This document shows positions 1 to 13,150 of a stretch of DNA of 64,000 bases, piece after piece (within the stretch, counting starts at the first letter, position 1; every line of letters starts with the position of its first letter). This stretch comes from Lama glama (lineage: Eukaryota), in NCBI GenBank assembly GCA_028534125.1, contig CM052816.1, positions 13,578,001 through 13,642,000 of the forward strand, read 5' to 3'. The position numbers and the translations under genes were made by a program. Under the pieces are notes generated by a model that worked only from the letters and a program-made list of their open reading frames with translations, made no database searches and had not been told where the DNA came from.

Positions 1-2204
1 TCCTAACTTACTCCATGACTACAGACCTCCCTCATACCTCTCCCTGCTCTCACAGTCCATTCTACAGAATTTAACACTTCGGAATACAACTCTTCTCTTT
101 GCATTGTTTCTAATCTCCAAATAAATCCCCCATGACCAGTTCTGTCTTACACTTCTCTAGGGACCCACTCACCACCGGTACTGGGCATTCATTCAGTCCA
201 AAAAATTCACTCCTGACTGGGGGACAAGAAGGTTAAGACAAAGGCTGCGCCTTCTTCTGTCTCCTCAGCGGGGTCAGAAGCAGGTCATAGTGACCTGGAT
301 GAGCAAAGTGTCCTTAAAGCCCTTAGAGCAAGTTTTCCCATTGTGAGTGCTGCTGGCACTTACAGCACGTCCCGGTGAGAGATCGCAAGTGAAGCTGATA
401 GACTTTACAGGGGAAAGATGAAACAGCGCCTCCTGGAGCACGCAGGTGGGAGGTTCCACCCAGATAGCCAGGGAAGGGGTAGGCCACTTACCCTGTTTCC
501 GGTCCTGATGAATTAAGCATGAGCACACGTTTCTGGAGTTACTAACATGGACTGCGGTGGGTGCTCCCCCTTCCCCACAGGACTGCGACCTGGGTTATAT
601 AAACACTGTTGCCATAGTTATAATTCAGGAAGTTTTGCTGTTTGACCTCAAAAAAAATTCAACCTCAAAGCAGGGTAACACTGACTCTCGAGACCACAAC
701 AGACCATCAGAGGGTAAGACCTGCCAAATTCCTTCAAGCTTCTAGAAGGAACTACTGTATTTTGGGTAAGAAGCAAGCAACAAGAAGCGGAAACTCTGCA
801 ACATTATGCAATTTCCTTGCATTTCATATTCAGAAATCCTGAAAGCCCCTATAAGTAACTTCCCTAGCTTTCAACCCAATATCAGAGTCACAGCCAATGT
901 AAACAAAAACTGGATGCCAAAGAGGAAAGAAGAAACAGAAGTAATGGACAAGTCGGAAAAGTATTTCAGGAAAATTTTAAAAGCAATGGCAAGGGCACAC
1001 GCTCACTTGAAATCAAATGCACAACAGTAAGGAGATGGCATGTGAGCCAACATGCATGTAGGATGCAGCCAGTTCAGAACTCGCGGCGTCTTCTGGCTTT
1101 CACATTTCCTGGCTTCATGCTAAAGTAACTTTAGAAAGTGGGTGTGAACCCACTAGCCCATCACCATGGTGTTTCCGTGGGGAGAGAGGGACCACATCCC
1201 CATCCCCCAGACAAAAACCGCAGTCTTCAACAGAGCTTGTCTTTTTGTGTCCCTCTCTCCCCCTCTCCCCATGTCTTTGGAAACAGTGACACAGCTCCAT
1301 CAGCAGAAGAGTGAATCTTGCTCTTTTGTGCTTTGGAAAAACTGCAAATGAGAAATTCTTTGGTACAGTATCCATGGTCCCATAGTTAGAGCATGTGAGG
1401 TTCTCCTGCTGGAGCAGGGCCCTGCCCAAGAGAGAGGACAGCCAGAGGGTGAGTCACACACAAGATCCACTCCTTTTGACATCCAGTCCCTCCATCCTCC
1501 AGAGGACTTAGGGCAATTGGCATTTACAATGATCTCATTAATGCACACAATGCCCCTTTGTGAGGCAGGAGGTGAATTTATCCAGCACAGACACAGGTGA
1601 CTTCTGTCTTTGCCTCAGACAAGGGTGAGGTCAGAGTACTGCATTTCTAGATAGATGACAAAGCTGAGCTCCCTTGGATGCCAGTCCTATCCTAAATTTA
1701 GGAACCATCCTGATGCCAACACATGCGTGTGCAGCAAGGGGTTTGGGGAACAGTCACTCTTTGATTTCCTTGCTCTGAGCTGCTGGAGAGGGGATCCCTG
1801 GTTCTGTGACATGAGGAATCTCTATATTTTCTGACAGTGTCCAAGGAGCACAATGGGGTCTACAAAGTAGAAGGGTAGATTCCTAGAATTCTTTCTGGTT
1901 CTACAGAGGTTAAAAGATATCAGGCTGAGTCCTTCCTCCTCGCCGCACAGCATGAAAGGGAGGAGGTTTATCAAGATTCTACAGGATTGCCCGCACAGTG
2001 ACCACGGTAGAGGTAAAGGTGGGGCCTTGGAAAATGAACATTTGCTCCTTGGCTACCCAGCCATCATCCGTTCTTCTTCAGGGGCCCACACCTCTCCCTC
2101 CATCACAGGCTGAGTTCATTTCACTTGTAACTCCAGGGGAGACAGACTGTCTGACTTAGGTCAGGGCAGCCAGAACAACACATTCACCCCCTACTCCCAC
2201 CACT

Positions 2205-3600
2205 TACTTTGAGAAATTTTCAAACATACAGGAGAAAAGAAAGAGCTCACAGTGAACGCACATATACCCCTCACCTCCACTGTACAGTTGTTAACACAGT
2301 GTTATGTTGCTTTATCCCGTGTCTAGCCATCAATCGTCCACCAATCCAGCTTATTTTTTGATAAATTTTAAAGTCGGTTGCACACATAAGCACTTCTCAT
2401 CCAAACACATCAGTGTGTTTATCACTTACAAAGCTGAATATTAATAAGGTTTGTCAGTCTTTGTAAAAGTTACCTACAGCGAAATGCACCATTCTTCAAT
2501 GAGCTGTGACAATTCGACACGTGCGTGTGCCCTGAACCCCCAACAAGGGAAAGACTTTTCCATCACTTCAGACAGTATTCTCAGGCCTCTTTCCATCTTA
2601 CCCCCAGCAAATGCACACGCACGCCCAGCCATTGTTTGGTTGCCTTCGGTTTGTTTCCACCATTAGTTTTGCCTGTTCTTGAGCATCACACCAATGGCAT
2701 CATCTTATATGTACTTTCTATGGCTGCCTTATTTCACTCAGCATAAACTTTCTGAAATTCATCCGTGTTGTGGCTTGAATGAATACTTCTGGTCCTTTCA
2801 ACTGCTGAGTAATATTTTATTATTTAAATATATCACTGTTTATTGATTCTCCGGTTCATGGACACCTAGGCTGTTCCCTCTCTTGGCTATCATAAATAAA
2901 GCTGCTCGGAATGTTTTTGTGTAAGTCTTTTGGAGGCCATATGTTTTCATTTCTCTTGTGTAAATATTTAGGAGTGGAATTGCTGGATTACGAGGCAGGC
3001 TTTTTAAAAATTTGTTATTAAATAAGAAGCTGCTAGGCTCTTTTCCAAAAAGCTTGTTTCACACTCTCACCAATAATGTATGAGTTCTGGGTGCTCCACA
3101 TACTCACCAACACGTGATACTGTCAGTGTTTTAACTTTAGCCATTCTGGTGGGTGAGTGGTAGTAACTCATCATGGTTTCAAGTAGCATTTCTCTGATGA
3201 CTAATGACGTTGAGCATTTTTTCTTGTGCTTATTGGACATTCTTAATCTTCTTTCATGAGGGGTCTTTTGCCCATCTTTTGATTGTCTTGTTTTCATTAC
3301 TGAGGTCTATGAGCTTTCTCCACATTCTGGATATAAGTCCTTTGTCAGATGTATGGTTTGAAAATATTTTCTCTCCTTCTGTGGCTTGCCAATTGACTTT
3401 CTCATTGGTGCTCCTTGATAAGCACGTGTTTTTAATTTTAATAAAGTCAAATTTTTCGTATTTTGTAGAGCTATTGCTCTCTGAACTCTATTAAGAAATC
3501 AGTGCTAGCCCCAGATTACAAAGATTTTTATCCTGCATTTTCTTCTGGAAGTTTTATAGTTTCAGCTTTTATGTTTAAGTTTATGATTCATTTTGAATTA
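2205..3600 (-). mobile_element. Ancient L1M LINE remnants (3' UTR and ORF2 C-terminus)
   Basis: Minus ORF 3067..3297 contains KKCSTSLVIREMLLETMMSYYHSPTRMAK, an L1 ORF2 C-terminal motif. Typical antisense L1 text such as ggagtggaattgctggat and tttgtcagatgtatggtttgaaaatatttt is present. Confidence 0.85.
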
Positions 3601-4697
3601 ATTCCCCTAGTTCCCTTAGTTTGTAAACATAATTTACAGGTGCTTCTGAGTCACAGCCCAGATTTGGAACTCACTGGTTTAAAATACAAATTTATGAACA
3701 AGTAGCCCTAACCCATCTTGCTCCCTGTCCCCTGACCCCCCACAAAGTTGTCACATGGAATCAACCCACATCAGCTTTGGGGGCCCTCAGATCATTAACA
3801 ACTGGTATGTGTTCCCTACTCCCAGCTCACAGGACAAGGGGGTAAGTATGCTGAACTTCGTAAAGATCTTTTGTATGCTCAAGGATAATTTTCAGGGTAC
3901 ATGGCTAACCACATGGCTGCCTCTAAGCTATGATCTGAATAGGCAGGGAGCCTGGGAGCTGACAAGTAGTCTCAACCAGCCACCGACTTCTTGTGTAACC
4001 CTAAGCAAGCCTCTTGCTCTCTCTGGATCTTAATTCCCTAATCCATCAAAAGAAGGGCTGGGAATAGATCTGCTTAAAAATTCCAGACTCCCTTATTGCC
4101 TAATCCTTTTAAGATCCCACCATCAAAAACGGATCTCCTTTTGGGCCTGAAGGGCTCAAGTCAAGGCTCCAACCACTTTAAGGGTTTCCTCTTACAATGG
4201 AAGGGTAGCACCTTCTATCTTATCAGCAACCTGCTCAGCTGGGATTTGCTGACCATTAAGAATGAGGTCCTGTAAATTTAGAGGAACAGGGAGTAAGAAC
4301 TGAAAAGAAAAAGGAGGCAGAGTCGGAAGGCTGCTGATCAAAGACCAGCTCAGCTTACTGAACAACGTGGTTGAAAGCTGACCAGGAAGAGAGGGGTTGT
4401 TACTAGTGCTCATATCAAAAGCCCGAAGTGCCTGACGCTTCTCTTGCTGCTTCTGCAGAGGGGCACAAAGCAAGCCGTACACAGAGCCACCAAGCTCAGC
4501 TATGAGCACAGCCAGCCACCAAAGTCAACTGGGAGGACTAAGCCCACTGGGGTCCCCTCCCCAGGGTGGCGGACATGCCTTACGTCTGACCTGAATTTGA
4601 GAGCAAGGCATATAAACACACAAATCAAAAGCCACAATGCAGTGACTAATCCTTTTACTTGTCTCCTTTTGTACACACCTATGAGCATCTCTGGGGC

Positions 4698-4849
4698 AGA
4701 GTCAGCAAACTACAGCCCGTGGGCCACACCCAATCTGCCTGGGGGAAAGATCTTTTGAAAACAGCTGTGCTAAATCACTTCCATATTGCCCATGGCTGCT
4801 TCTGGGCAGCAGGGCAGCAGAGCTGAGTTGTTTCAGCAGAGACCATTGG
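4698..4849 (+). mobile_element. MER58A-like hAT-Charlie element, 3'-truncated
   Basis: cagagtcagcaaactacagcccgtgggcca...ccatggctgct...gcagagctgagttgtttcagcagagacc resembles the recalled MER58A consensus. Confidence 0.7.
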
Positions 4850-5359
4850 AGGATATGTGCATATTCCACCTTCCTAGGTTTTGGATGGATTCACCAATTT
4901 ACACTCCACCAGCGGTCTACCTTGAGAGTTCCATAGCTTACTCTAAAAATTCCCAAAGCGCCTTCCTTGGCTCTCTTTACTTCTCACACTGCCTACACAC
5001 AACACCTGGAAATTTCACCCGCTTTCAGAGTTTCAGCAAATGCCTCTATGCAGGTGGCACCCACCTCCAAACAGACAACCCCACCCTCCCCCTGGCTTTC
5101 TAAGGAGCACACCTCTGTTTCTCACTACTTGCTGGTCATCTCCATCTGTGTATTTCCCTGAACCTCAGAACCCAGCATCCATTCCTCCTCTCACCACCAA
5201 GAAGGGTTTCTTGAGGCAGTGAGAACAGTAACACCTTAAAACTTGTGAACAAGCAGCTAAATGAGAACTTGTTTTTAGTTGGTTGATGCAAGTCCATTTA
5301 CTAGGAAATAAAAATACACAAACATATTTTCACATAGCCACTCTGCTCCTTTCTAGTTG

Positions 5360-5490
5360 TGACACTTCTCTGTGCCTCACTGCCCCCACCCATAAAATGG
5401 GAAATCATCCCACCCAAACCGAAGGAAGAGATACCAGCAGTAAAGCTGCGGGCACAGGGCCTGGCACACAGGACATGCTCAGTAGTTAAT
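5360..5490 (+). mobile_element. MIR SINE fragment
   Basis: ctctgtgcctca...taaaatggg...gcacagggcctggcacacaggacatgctcagta matches MIR core and tail. Confidence 0.7.
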
Positions 5491-5499
5491 AATCAGTCT

Positions 5500-6207
5500 T
5501 GGTTAATGGCATCACTATTATCTCAGTAACCTGGACCTAAAATCTTAAGGTCCTGTCTTTTTACTCCTACACCTAATCAGGTGACAATAACTATATTTTG
5601 TTTTCAGAATCATGATCATATCTGTTCCTTCCTTTTTAGTCCCAAGATTCCTGTTGGGGAGTTCAGCATCTCTTCCTTAGAATGTCTTCAAGTGGTTTAA
5701 CTCCTGCCTTCCCATTGTCAGAACGTCCTTCACGTGGCCACGGCTCTGAAAACACTTCTGCTTCAAAACCTTTATGGTCACATCATCCCTGACAGTGTAA
5801 TGTCCAAATTTCTATAAGAGGTCTCTGACGAGATGGCTCCAACATTTACTATCTTACTTCCTACCTTCTCCTCCCCAACTTCATGCCCCAGCTACATACA
5901 ACAGCTGGCTATTCCCTACACCTATTTAAAGAATCCTCGTTCCTACATTTATGGCCAAGAAAGCCCTTCTACCCACCTCTGCCTATGCATAGCCTTCAAA
6001 GCCCCTATGAGAGATATTATATGCCTCCTTTATGAAGCTGTCTTCAACTCTCTTGTCTCAAATCATCTCTTCTACTTCAAAGCACTGTGTTTACACTTCA
6101 CAGTTATCACTTCCACTCTGAAATAAAGGCAGGGTGACAGGTTTATCCCTGTAGGTCCCAGAGGGCCTTGTGCAGAGCTGGCATTCAGTAAACATTTGAT
6201 GAATGAC
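5500..6207 (+). mobile_element. L2 LINE 3' remnant
   Basis: Degenerate L2-like text ending in ctggcattcagtaaacatttgatgaatga, an L2 3' terminus. Confidence 0.55.
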
Positions 6208-6599
6208 TTTATGAACCAAAGACATTTACAGTGCTGTCAACACACATCCTATGCTCAGTTTACATTAACTTAAAAAGTGCCAATCCAAACACCCAAAGAT
6301 GTTACGAAATTAAAAATGAATTTAGGACTTAGAGAATCCTTCACATGGGTGAGCAGGCACCTTGGACAAGTGCTTCTGGGTCACATCAAGACAACGCAAA
6401 GAGAGGAGGACCAGAGATGGCCACACCCTGGCCACCCAGAAAGATGGTCCAGAAAGTTTCTGGTCTATCTTATTCCTAAAAATGTCAGGCTGAACAAACT
6501 AAACTTGTATTTGGAGTCAGTTTAGCTAACTGTAGACATGTTATGCCTCAAAGCCGAGGGCACCGTGTCCTTTCAAAACCTTGCAAGAAGAAAGGTACA

Positions 6600-7056
6600 C
6601 AGGCAAACCTCGCTTTACTGGGCTTCATTTTATCACACTTCCCAGATCTTTCATTTTCTACAAATCAAAGGTTTGTGACAATCCTCTGTTAGCAAGTCTC
6701 TTGGTGTCATTTTCCCAATAGCATTTGCTCACTTCATGTCTCTGTGTCACATTTTGGCAATTCCCATAATATTTCAGGCTTTTTCACTATTCTTCTATTT
6801 GTTATGGTGATCTGTGATCTGTGATCTTTGATGTCACTATTGTCATTGCTTTGCCATTTTTCAGCAATAAAGGTATGTTCGGGGGTTTTTTTTAGACATA
6901 ATGCAACTGCACACTTAATAGCCTACAGTAGAGTGTAATTTTATAAATTTTGCCCATACTGGGGAACCAAAACATTCAGGTGACTGGCGTTACTGCAGTA
7001 CTCACTTTGTTGTGGTGGCTTGGAGCCGAACCTGCACTGCCTGTGAGGTGTGCCTG
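6600..7056 (+). mobile_element. Tigger1-derived internally deleted (non-autonomous) DNA transposon, about 457 bp
   Basis: TIRs CAGGCAAACCTC (6600) and GAGGTGTGCCTG (to 7056). The left ~250 bp follows the Tigger1 5' end (tttgctcacttcatgtctctgtgtcacattttgg) and the right ~200 bp follows the 3' end (tttagacataatgcaactgcacacttaatag). Confidence 0.88.
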
Positions 7057-8934
7057 CACAACGCGAGGGTGCGATCGGACACAAGGCATACAAAACAGAC
7101 CCTGTGGTGAGATGGCTTTCCCTCCTTCCGCTCCCCAAGCGGCCCCACGGGGCTGCCAGGCCGTATGACCCGCCCTCCCCGCGTCAACAGCACAGCTTGC
7201 CCGTAAAGTTTACACAGGGGAGACAGACCCCCCACACCATGAGACACTCCCTTGTCCCGCCCCGGAGGGGAGCCAGCAGCCACGTTTAGGGGGCTCACAG
7301 CCCTGATTCTGTTCTAATATTCTGATTCACACCGCAGAACGAAATGACTGTTCTCGTTAAAAACAAGCCCGCGTCTTATTGCCAGCGCAGGCATTTCCCA
7401 AGTGCCCCAGCCCCGAGCTGGCCTGGGCCAGCAGCCAGCCATCCGGCCCGCTCCAGCAGCTTATGTAAGACCTGCCGGGTTTCCACCTTTGGCTCGGGGG
7501 GTGGGGAGGAGTGTGTGAGGCAGGAAACAGACCCAGATCGAGCTGTCAGTCCGTCATGTCTGCACAGCCTGCTAAACATTCGGTCACTGGGCTTCCTGAA
7601 CCTTCGAAAGCAATGTAAGGTGAACCGGATCGGGCGAGCTTACGGGCAGCAACAGCAAAAAGGGAGCCTCGGGTCAAACGGATTGGAGAAGACTCCAGAG
7701 CGGGCTCATACACCGAGAGCCTCTAAGAGTCCCTTTTCTATGCCGGCAGGCTGCAGAGTAAAACGCAGGCAGGTGAGTAACTGCAACAGACACTAGGAGA
7801 CAGGAAACCTTTCCCTCCACTGATAACTTCGGAGGTTTGCAAAGAAGGAGGGGGAAGTGTTGAACTAGTTCTGAGCCGGGCTGGGGTGCGCCGACACCGC
7901 GGCTCCCCACACGAGGACAAAGACAATTCCAGTTTGATTATGGCCCAAAGCTCTGGAGAAGAGACGGGGGAGGCCAAAAGGAGGAAGCACTTCTAAGCAG
8001 AAAGTATACAGAGAGATCACTGGATTGAAGATAATTCTGCCCTGAAGAAGAGGAGGCACCCCGCGGCTTGTAATAACAACAACTGTCGGGAGCACGCTCA
8101 GCCCTTCAAAGACCTTGCCGAACATGAACTTGCAGCCCACCTAATCAAGCAGACTTCGCAGCCTTAGAGTGGCCACGGCCTCATGCCTTGATCCAGGGAT
8201 ACGCACGCACGACCAGAGAAAGCCCAGCAGAACGTTTGGACTGTATTCTGTGCTAATTCACGCTTTGTTAATTTGGCCCAAGTTGCTCTGGGGAGAGATG
8301 TTTCAAGAGAAGCGTAATGGCAGAAGGGGAAAGGGTTTGGTCTGACACTCACTGGCGATGTGACCTTGGGTAATATGTCCCAATACTGATGACAAGAGAC
8401 AATTATGGGACACACCTCTGCAGGATACTGCTACAATTAAATGTGCTAACGCATGAACACACTTAGATGTCTCTGGCACATCACACACACTGATGGGGTG
8501 GCTATTTATTATTACTATTTGCCTGGATGGTAAGTTCCCTGAGAGCTGGAATCAGGGCTGTTGGGTTAGGATGCCCTAGAAATACCCTAGGATGGTGCCT
8601 AAGAAGTAAGTGCTTAGTAAACACATGTGGTCCACCTTGCTTGAAGTGGAAGAAAACTATAGAATAAAAAGGTTGGGTCAGAGCTGGAATGAGAAGTTCA
8701 GGAGCTGAATCGTCCACTCAGTCAGGTTGACGGTCCAAGGCCCCGCCGATGAGTGGCTGGGACAGGCCAGGGCAGGATAGACAGCATGACCATTAGACCT
8801 TGACCAGACAGATGGGGGGAGGAAGAGGTTGCCGTCCCACCGGTGCTAAAAATGACTGAATGCTCACACACTTATGGTACCCTGAGCCCCAAAGGAGCCT
8901 GCCTTGCCTCGCCGTCATCACCACCAGCAAGGCT

Positions 8935-9140
8935 ATTCATTTATAGTATTTAATGATCACTTACTAGGTGTCAGGCACTGCACCATAAGGGACACACATC
9001 ATTTAATCCTCCCAACACACTGGTGAGATAGGTACTGTTATTATCCACATTTTATAGTGAGGAAATAGGCTTAGAAAGTTACTTAACTACCCAAGTAGCA
9101 GGTGAGTGAGGCTGGGACTGGAATTCATGGTGTCAGACAC
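8935..9140 (-). mobile_element. MIR SINE
   Basis: cacttactaggtgtcaggcactg...atttaatcctc...gataggtactgttattatccacattttatagtgaggaaa is antisense MIR. Confidence 0.8.
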
Positions 9141-9269
9141 CAACACCCATGACTTTTATCACAAACGAGGGGATGCTACCTCCTCATGCAGCCTCTTCTA
9201 TCTGCATTTTTCTCTTTGTGGTGACTACTAACATTCATATTTGCCTTTACAGGAAAGACAAGTTTGCGC

Positions 9270-10000
9270 TGGAAAAAATGGCCAAAGACAGCACAGGCAA
9301 TTCACAAAAGAAGCTATCCAAATGGTCTCCACATCATTACTCATCAAGGAGATGCAAATACACACCCAATGGGATACTATTATACAAACCAGAATGGCTA
9401 TAATTAGAAAGACGGACAAGTCCAAGTGCAGATGAGGATGTGCAACAAGTAGGACCTTCATACTTTGATGGTGGAAATGGAAATGGGTTCAGCCCTTTGC
9501 AGACTACTTGGCAATATCTACTAAGGTACACTTATGCCTCCCCTATGACCCAGCAGCTCCACTCCCAGGGATACACTTAAGAGAAATGAGAGCTTATGGC
9601 CAACCAAAGACGTGTAGAAGAATATTCCTAGAAGCTTTATTCATGAAAGCTCAAACTTAGAAACAACCCAATGTTCATCAACAAAATAGAAAAACACTTG
9701 TCACATCTTCCATACAATGAAATATTTTACACCAATAAAAAAGAACAACTACTGCTATATGTAAGCATGGGTGAATTCCACAGACATAAATTGAGGGAAA
9801 GAGGCCACCAAAAAGAAGAGTGTAAGACAGATGATTCTACTTACATGAAGCTCAACAGGGAAATGAATCAATGGTAATAGAGTCTGAAGAGTGGTCCCCT
9901 GAAGGGTGGGGGAGGGAGGCTGAGTGCACCAGGGAGCCTTTTGGGATGTTCGACATGTTCTGTATCTTGATCTGGGTGCTGAATATATATTTATAAATTT
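9270..10000 (+). mobile_element. Ancient L1M 3' fragment (ORF2 end plus 3' UTR)
   Basis: tcaaggagatgcaaat...ccagaatggctataatt...ctatgacccagcagctccactcc...aaacaacccaatgttcatcaac...atgttctgtatcttgatctggg. The ORF 9241..9435 translation includes SLLIKEMQI...RMAII. Confidence 0.85.
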
Positions 10001-11194
10001 GGCCTGAAAGTGACAATAGATCATGGGCCCCCCTATTGATATTCATCCCTGGAAGACCTTACTCTGGAGTTTCAAGCTACTGGTCAGGTCAGGCAGGCAG
10101 GCCTCGCTGCTGACCTCCCAGTCCCGTCCCTCCCCTGCTGCATGCCTAACACAGGGACTGCAGAGAGTGAACCTCCCATGGGATTAGCTCCTGGGAGTCG
10201 GTCACAGTGGAGCATTTCCCTTAATGCTCATACAAACACTCTCTTTGCCCTGGAAAGAAATAATGCAGCCTGAATATCAATTTGGGGACTCGGCCCCTGA
10301 ATTTTCTTTTTCTTTTTGATTGTGTACAGAAAGAATCTATAAGTCTTTCCAAAGCGGTCAGTCTCCTCCTGCTATTTCCTTCTGCGGGACTTCACAGGGC
10401 AGCCCATCAGTGACACATCTGGTCCTCAAGAGGCACATCTACATGGGTCGAATCCTAAGTGAAAACACTGAGTCAGGAGGCATCGTGAACACCCTCCGGA
10501 CGCACCACGATTCCCTGCAGAACGAACCAGCTTTCTGAGCAGACTCACCGCAGCTGAAGACACAGATCGAGTTGGTGGGGAGGAAAACTCAGACACCAGC
10601 TGGGATCTCAGAATTTAGCAGACTTGTGAGGGGAGAGGGCGGGGGAGGGAGAAACAGCAGGTAGTGGAAACTGTCAAGAGGACACGGTATTTATTAAGGG
10701 GAGAAAAAAAGAGGAAACAGTAAGAAAAAGTTCTTATAAATCCCAACTTAAAATAATTTTTTTTTCATAAATGACAACCATCTACGATGCTTACCAAACA
10801 AAATTAATGATAATTCCTTAATACCACCTAATAGGCGGTCCATGATGAAATTTCCACAACTGCCTCAAAAAGCTCTTTTTGTCATTGTTTTGCTTAAAGC
10901 AGGGTCCAATCCTGGTCCATAGAGTACATCTAGTTAGGTGAGAAAAGTCACTTTTGTTTTAAACAGTTTCCCCTCCCTCTTCCTTTATCACAGTGTTGCT
11001 AATGGAGGACTTTAATCAGCAATGTTTTAATTTTTTTTTAAATCCAAAGAAATGTAGTAAAGGTTCTGATGTGATAAACCCGACTGGTGATAAAACTGAC
11101 CATAATACCAGCCATTATGCTTCTCTGTATTTTCTCCTCAATTTCAACCTTTACAAAAAGGGCAAACTCCCTTCTTGACATAAAGTTCCAATAA

Positions 11195-11400
11195 TAAAAT
11201 CATACATTCATCAGGTGTGCATTGGTGGCAAGCATACTGTGCCAAAGAAGTCTGATAGATTAGCTCATTTAACTGTACAAAGAACTCTATGAGGTTAGTG
11301 TTAAAAAATTACCCCCAACTTGACAGATAAGAATCTGGGGCACAAGACTATTCACATAGTAAGTGATGAGGGCTGAATTCAACCCCAGGTTGTCTGAAAC
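11195..11400 (-). mobile_element. MIR SINE
   Basis: tagctcatttaac...aactctatgagg...cccaacttgacagataagaa...gctgaattcaaccccagg. Confidence 0.65.
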
Positions 11401-12779
11401 CGGACCACACAGGGGATCATCATTCTCCGCCGGTGTTTCAGGTTTGCGTTTGAATAGCTTAGATCAAGCTTGGGAGTGGCCACTGGCTAAACCTGGCCAG
11501 GAGGTGGGAATACAGGTAAACAGAGAGCATGTCTTTCTCCAAAGGAAACCAAGGATTTCTCAGATATTACCTCATACACCTCATCCCTGGAGACAAAGTG
11601 AGGTGAAGAAATGCGAAAACAAATTTGGGGCGGCAGTGCTGTTGGGGGAAGAGGCATCCACTGATATACCAATGATGACCTTGAACCCTAGATGTGCCAT
11701 ATAGCCCCCCCCCCACCGAGTACAACTAAGACCTAAGGAGACAGAACTGGATCCCAGGGCAATTAATGCAGAAAGGAAAAATTTAAGACTAAATGTGTTC
11801 ATTCTTGGAAAGATCTGCAAGAGCCTAGGAATGAAATGGAATGTGCTCTCACGACGTCAGAGTCATTGAACATAAAGTCAGGGTGGTCAGGAGGAACCGG
11901 GTCACCTTCCTGTGCAGCTGTGGGTGATCCAGCAACCAACCACTTAGCCACAGGCCTGAGGAAACCTTTTAAGGTACCACTCACATTTCTTTGTGCTGGT
12001 GAAGTTACCCTGGAAGGAAAGCAGTAGCGGTTAAAACAGAACAACACAGGATACCAGAGGCTCGCTGAGCTATGCTAACGACATCCAGCCTGGTGCATCT
12101 CTGACTCACCGACTTTCTCGGTGAACTTCTGTGGTCCAAGGAGGATAGCAGATCTGTCTCTGGGGAGACAAAGCATGAACTGTTTCTGCTTCCTTCCCCT
12201 ACCACCTTCCATTCTCTTGCCTAACCAGAAGATGGCTAGCGACTTCTGGAGGCAGCCGCATCGGACCCCGCCAAGTGGGGAAAGTTAAACTCACGATGTC
12301 GACTCCCTCCCCAAGGAACTACGGGATTCAGTGCTAAGACCTGAGGTTAACGTCCAAAGCTCAGCACCATACAGGGAAAGAAAAACGCCCACCTGGGCTG
12401 ACCCGTGGAAGCCCTGTGACCTCCGGTCAAGTCAAGAAAGATTTGCTAACTGTCTATGTACTTTTGAAACAAAGCAAGAAATCAAAATAGAATTCTTCCT
12501 CTGCCTTCTTTGCCACATCAGGTTAACTGACAGCAGCAATAACAAAGTGTTACGTATCTGTCTGAAGTTCCCTTTATTTGCTGAGCAATGCCACAAAAGA
12601 AAAGGCACAGATCATGAACCAAGCAAAGCCACAGACTCAAGGACAAACTCAGGGCTGAGGTGTTACGTTCCTACAGCCTTCTTTACCCAGCACCACCAGT
12701 AGCCCCACCTCAAGCACGTCCACACGACTCCTTTCAGTAGCTCATCACGGAAACATCTACCTGCTGCTCTGCATGCCCA

Positions 12780-13150
12780 GGATCCAGTCCCCTTTCCACG
12801 GTTAACACTCCTCAATCCTCCTTGGGGGAACTACCCCCTCCCCCATCTCTGTCTATGTGGTCAGCTGGAGCCAACCCCAGGGCCAGCACAGGACTCAGTT
12901 CTGGCCCAACAGTCACAGTGACCACGTCAGGGACAGACCTGGTCCAAACCAGTGAACCAGGCAGCCCTGGGACTTCTGCTGGAAGTCTGAGGAAAGAGGC
13001 ATACTCTTGTGTGCTGAGGTTGCTAAGTGGTTAGAGGGTCAACCAGAAGCTGCTGGTGTACAGAAGCCTTTCTGTGACACAATCAGAAGCCCCTACCTGA
13101 GTAGGATGCCAAGCAAAAGAAAAGCAGGAGCCAACAGGCTCAGAATCTAA
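12780..13150 (+). mobile_element. Old MLT1 (MaLR) LTR fragment
   Basis: gccctgggacttctgctggaagtctgaggaaagagg...gctgaggttgcta...agaagctgctgg resembles older MLT1 subfamilies (J/K/L). Confidence 0.5.

Noticed and set aside
6806-6832. Tandem gtgatct repeats
   Set aside because: Part of the normal Tigger1 5' sequence.
7344-7796. 150-aa plus-strand ORF
   Set aside because: No recognisable domain, and its length is unremarkable for GC-rich intronic DNA.
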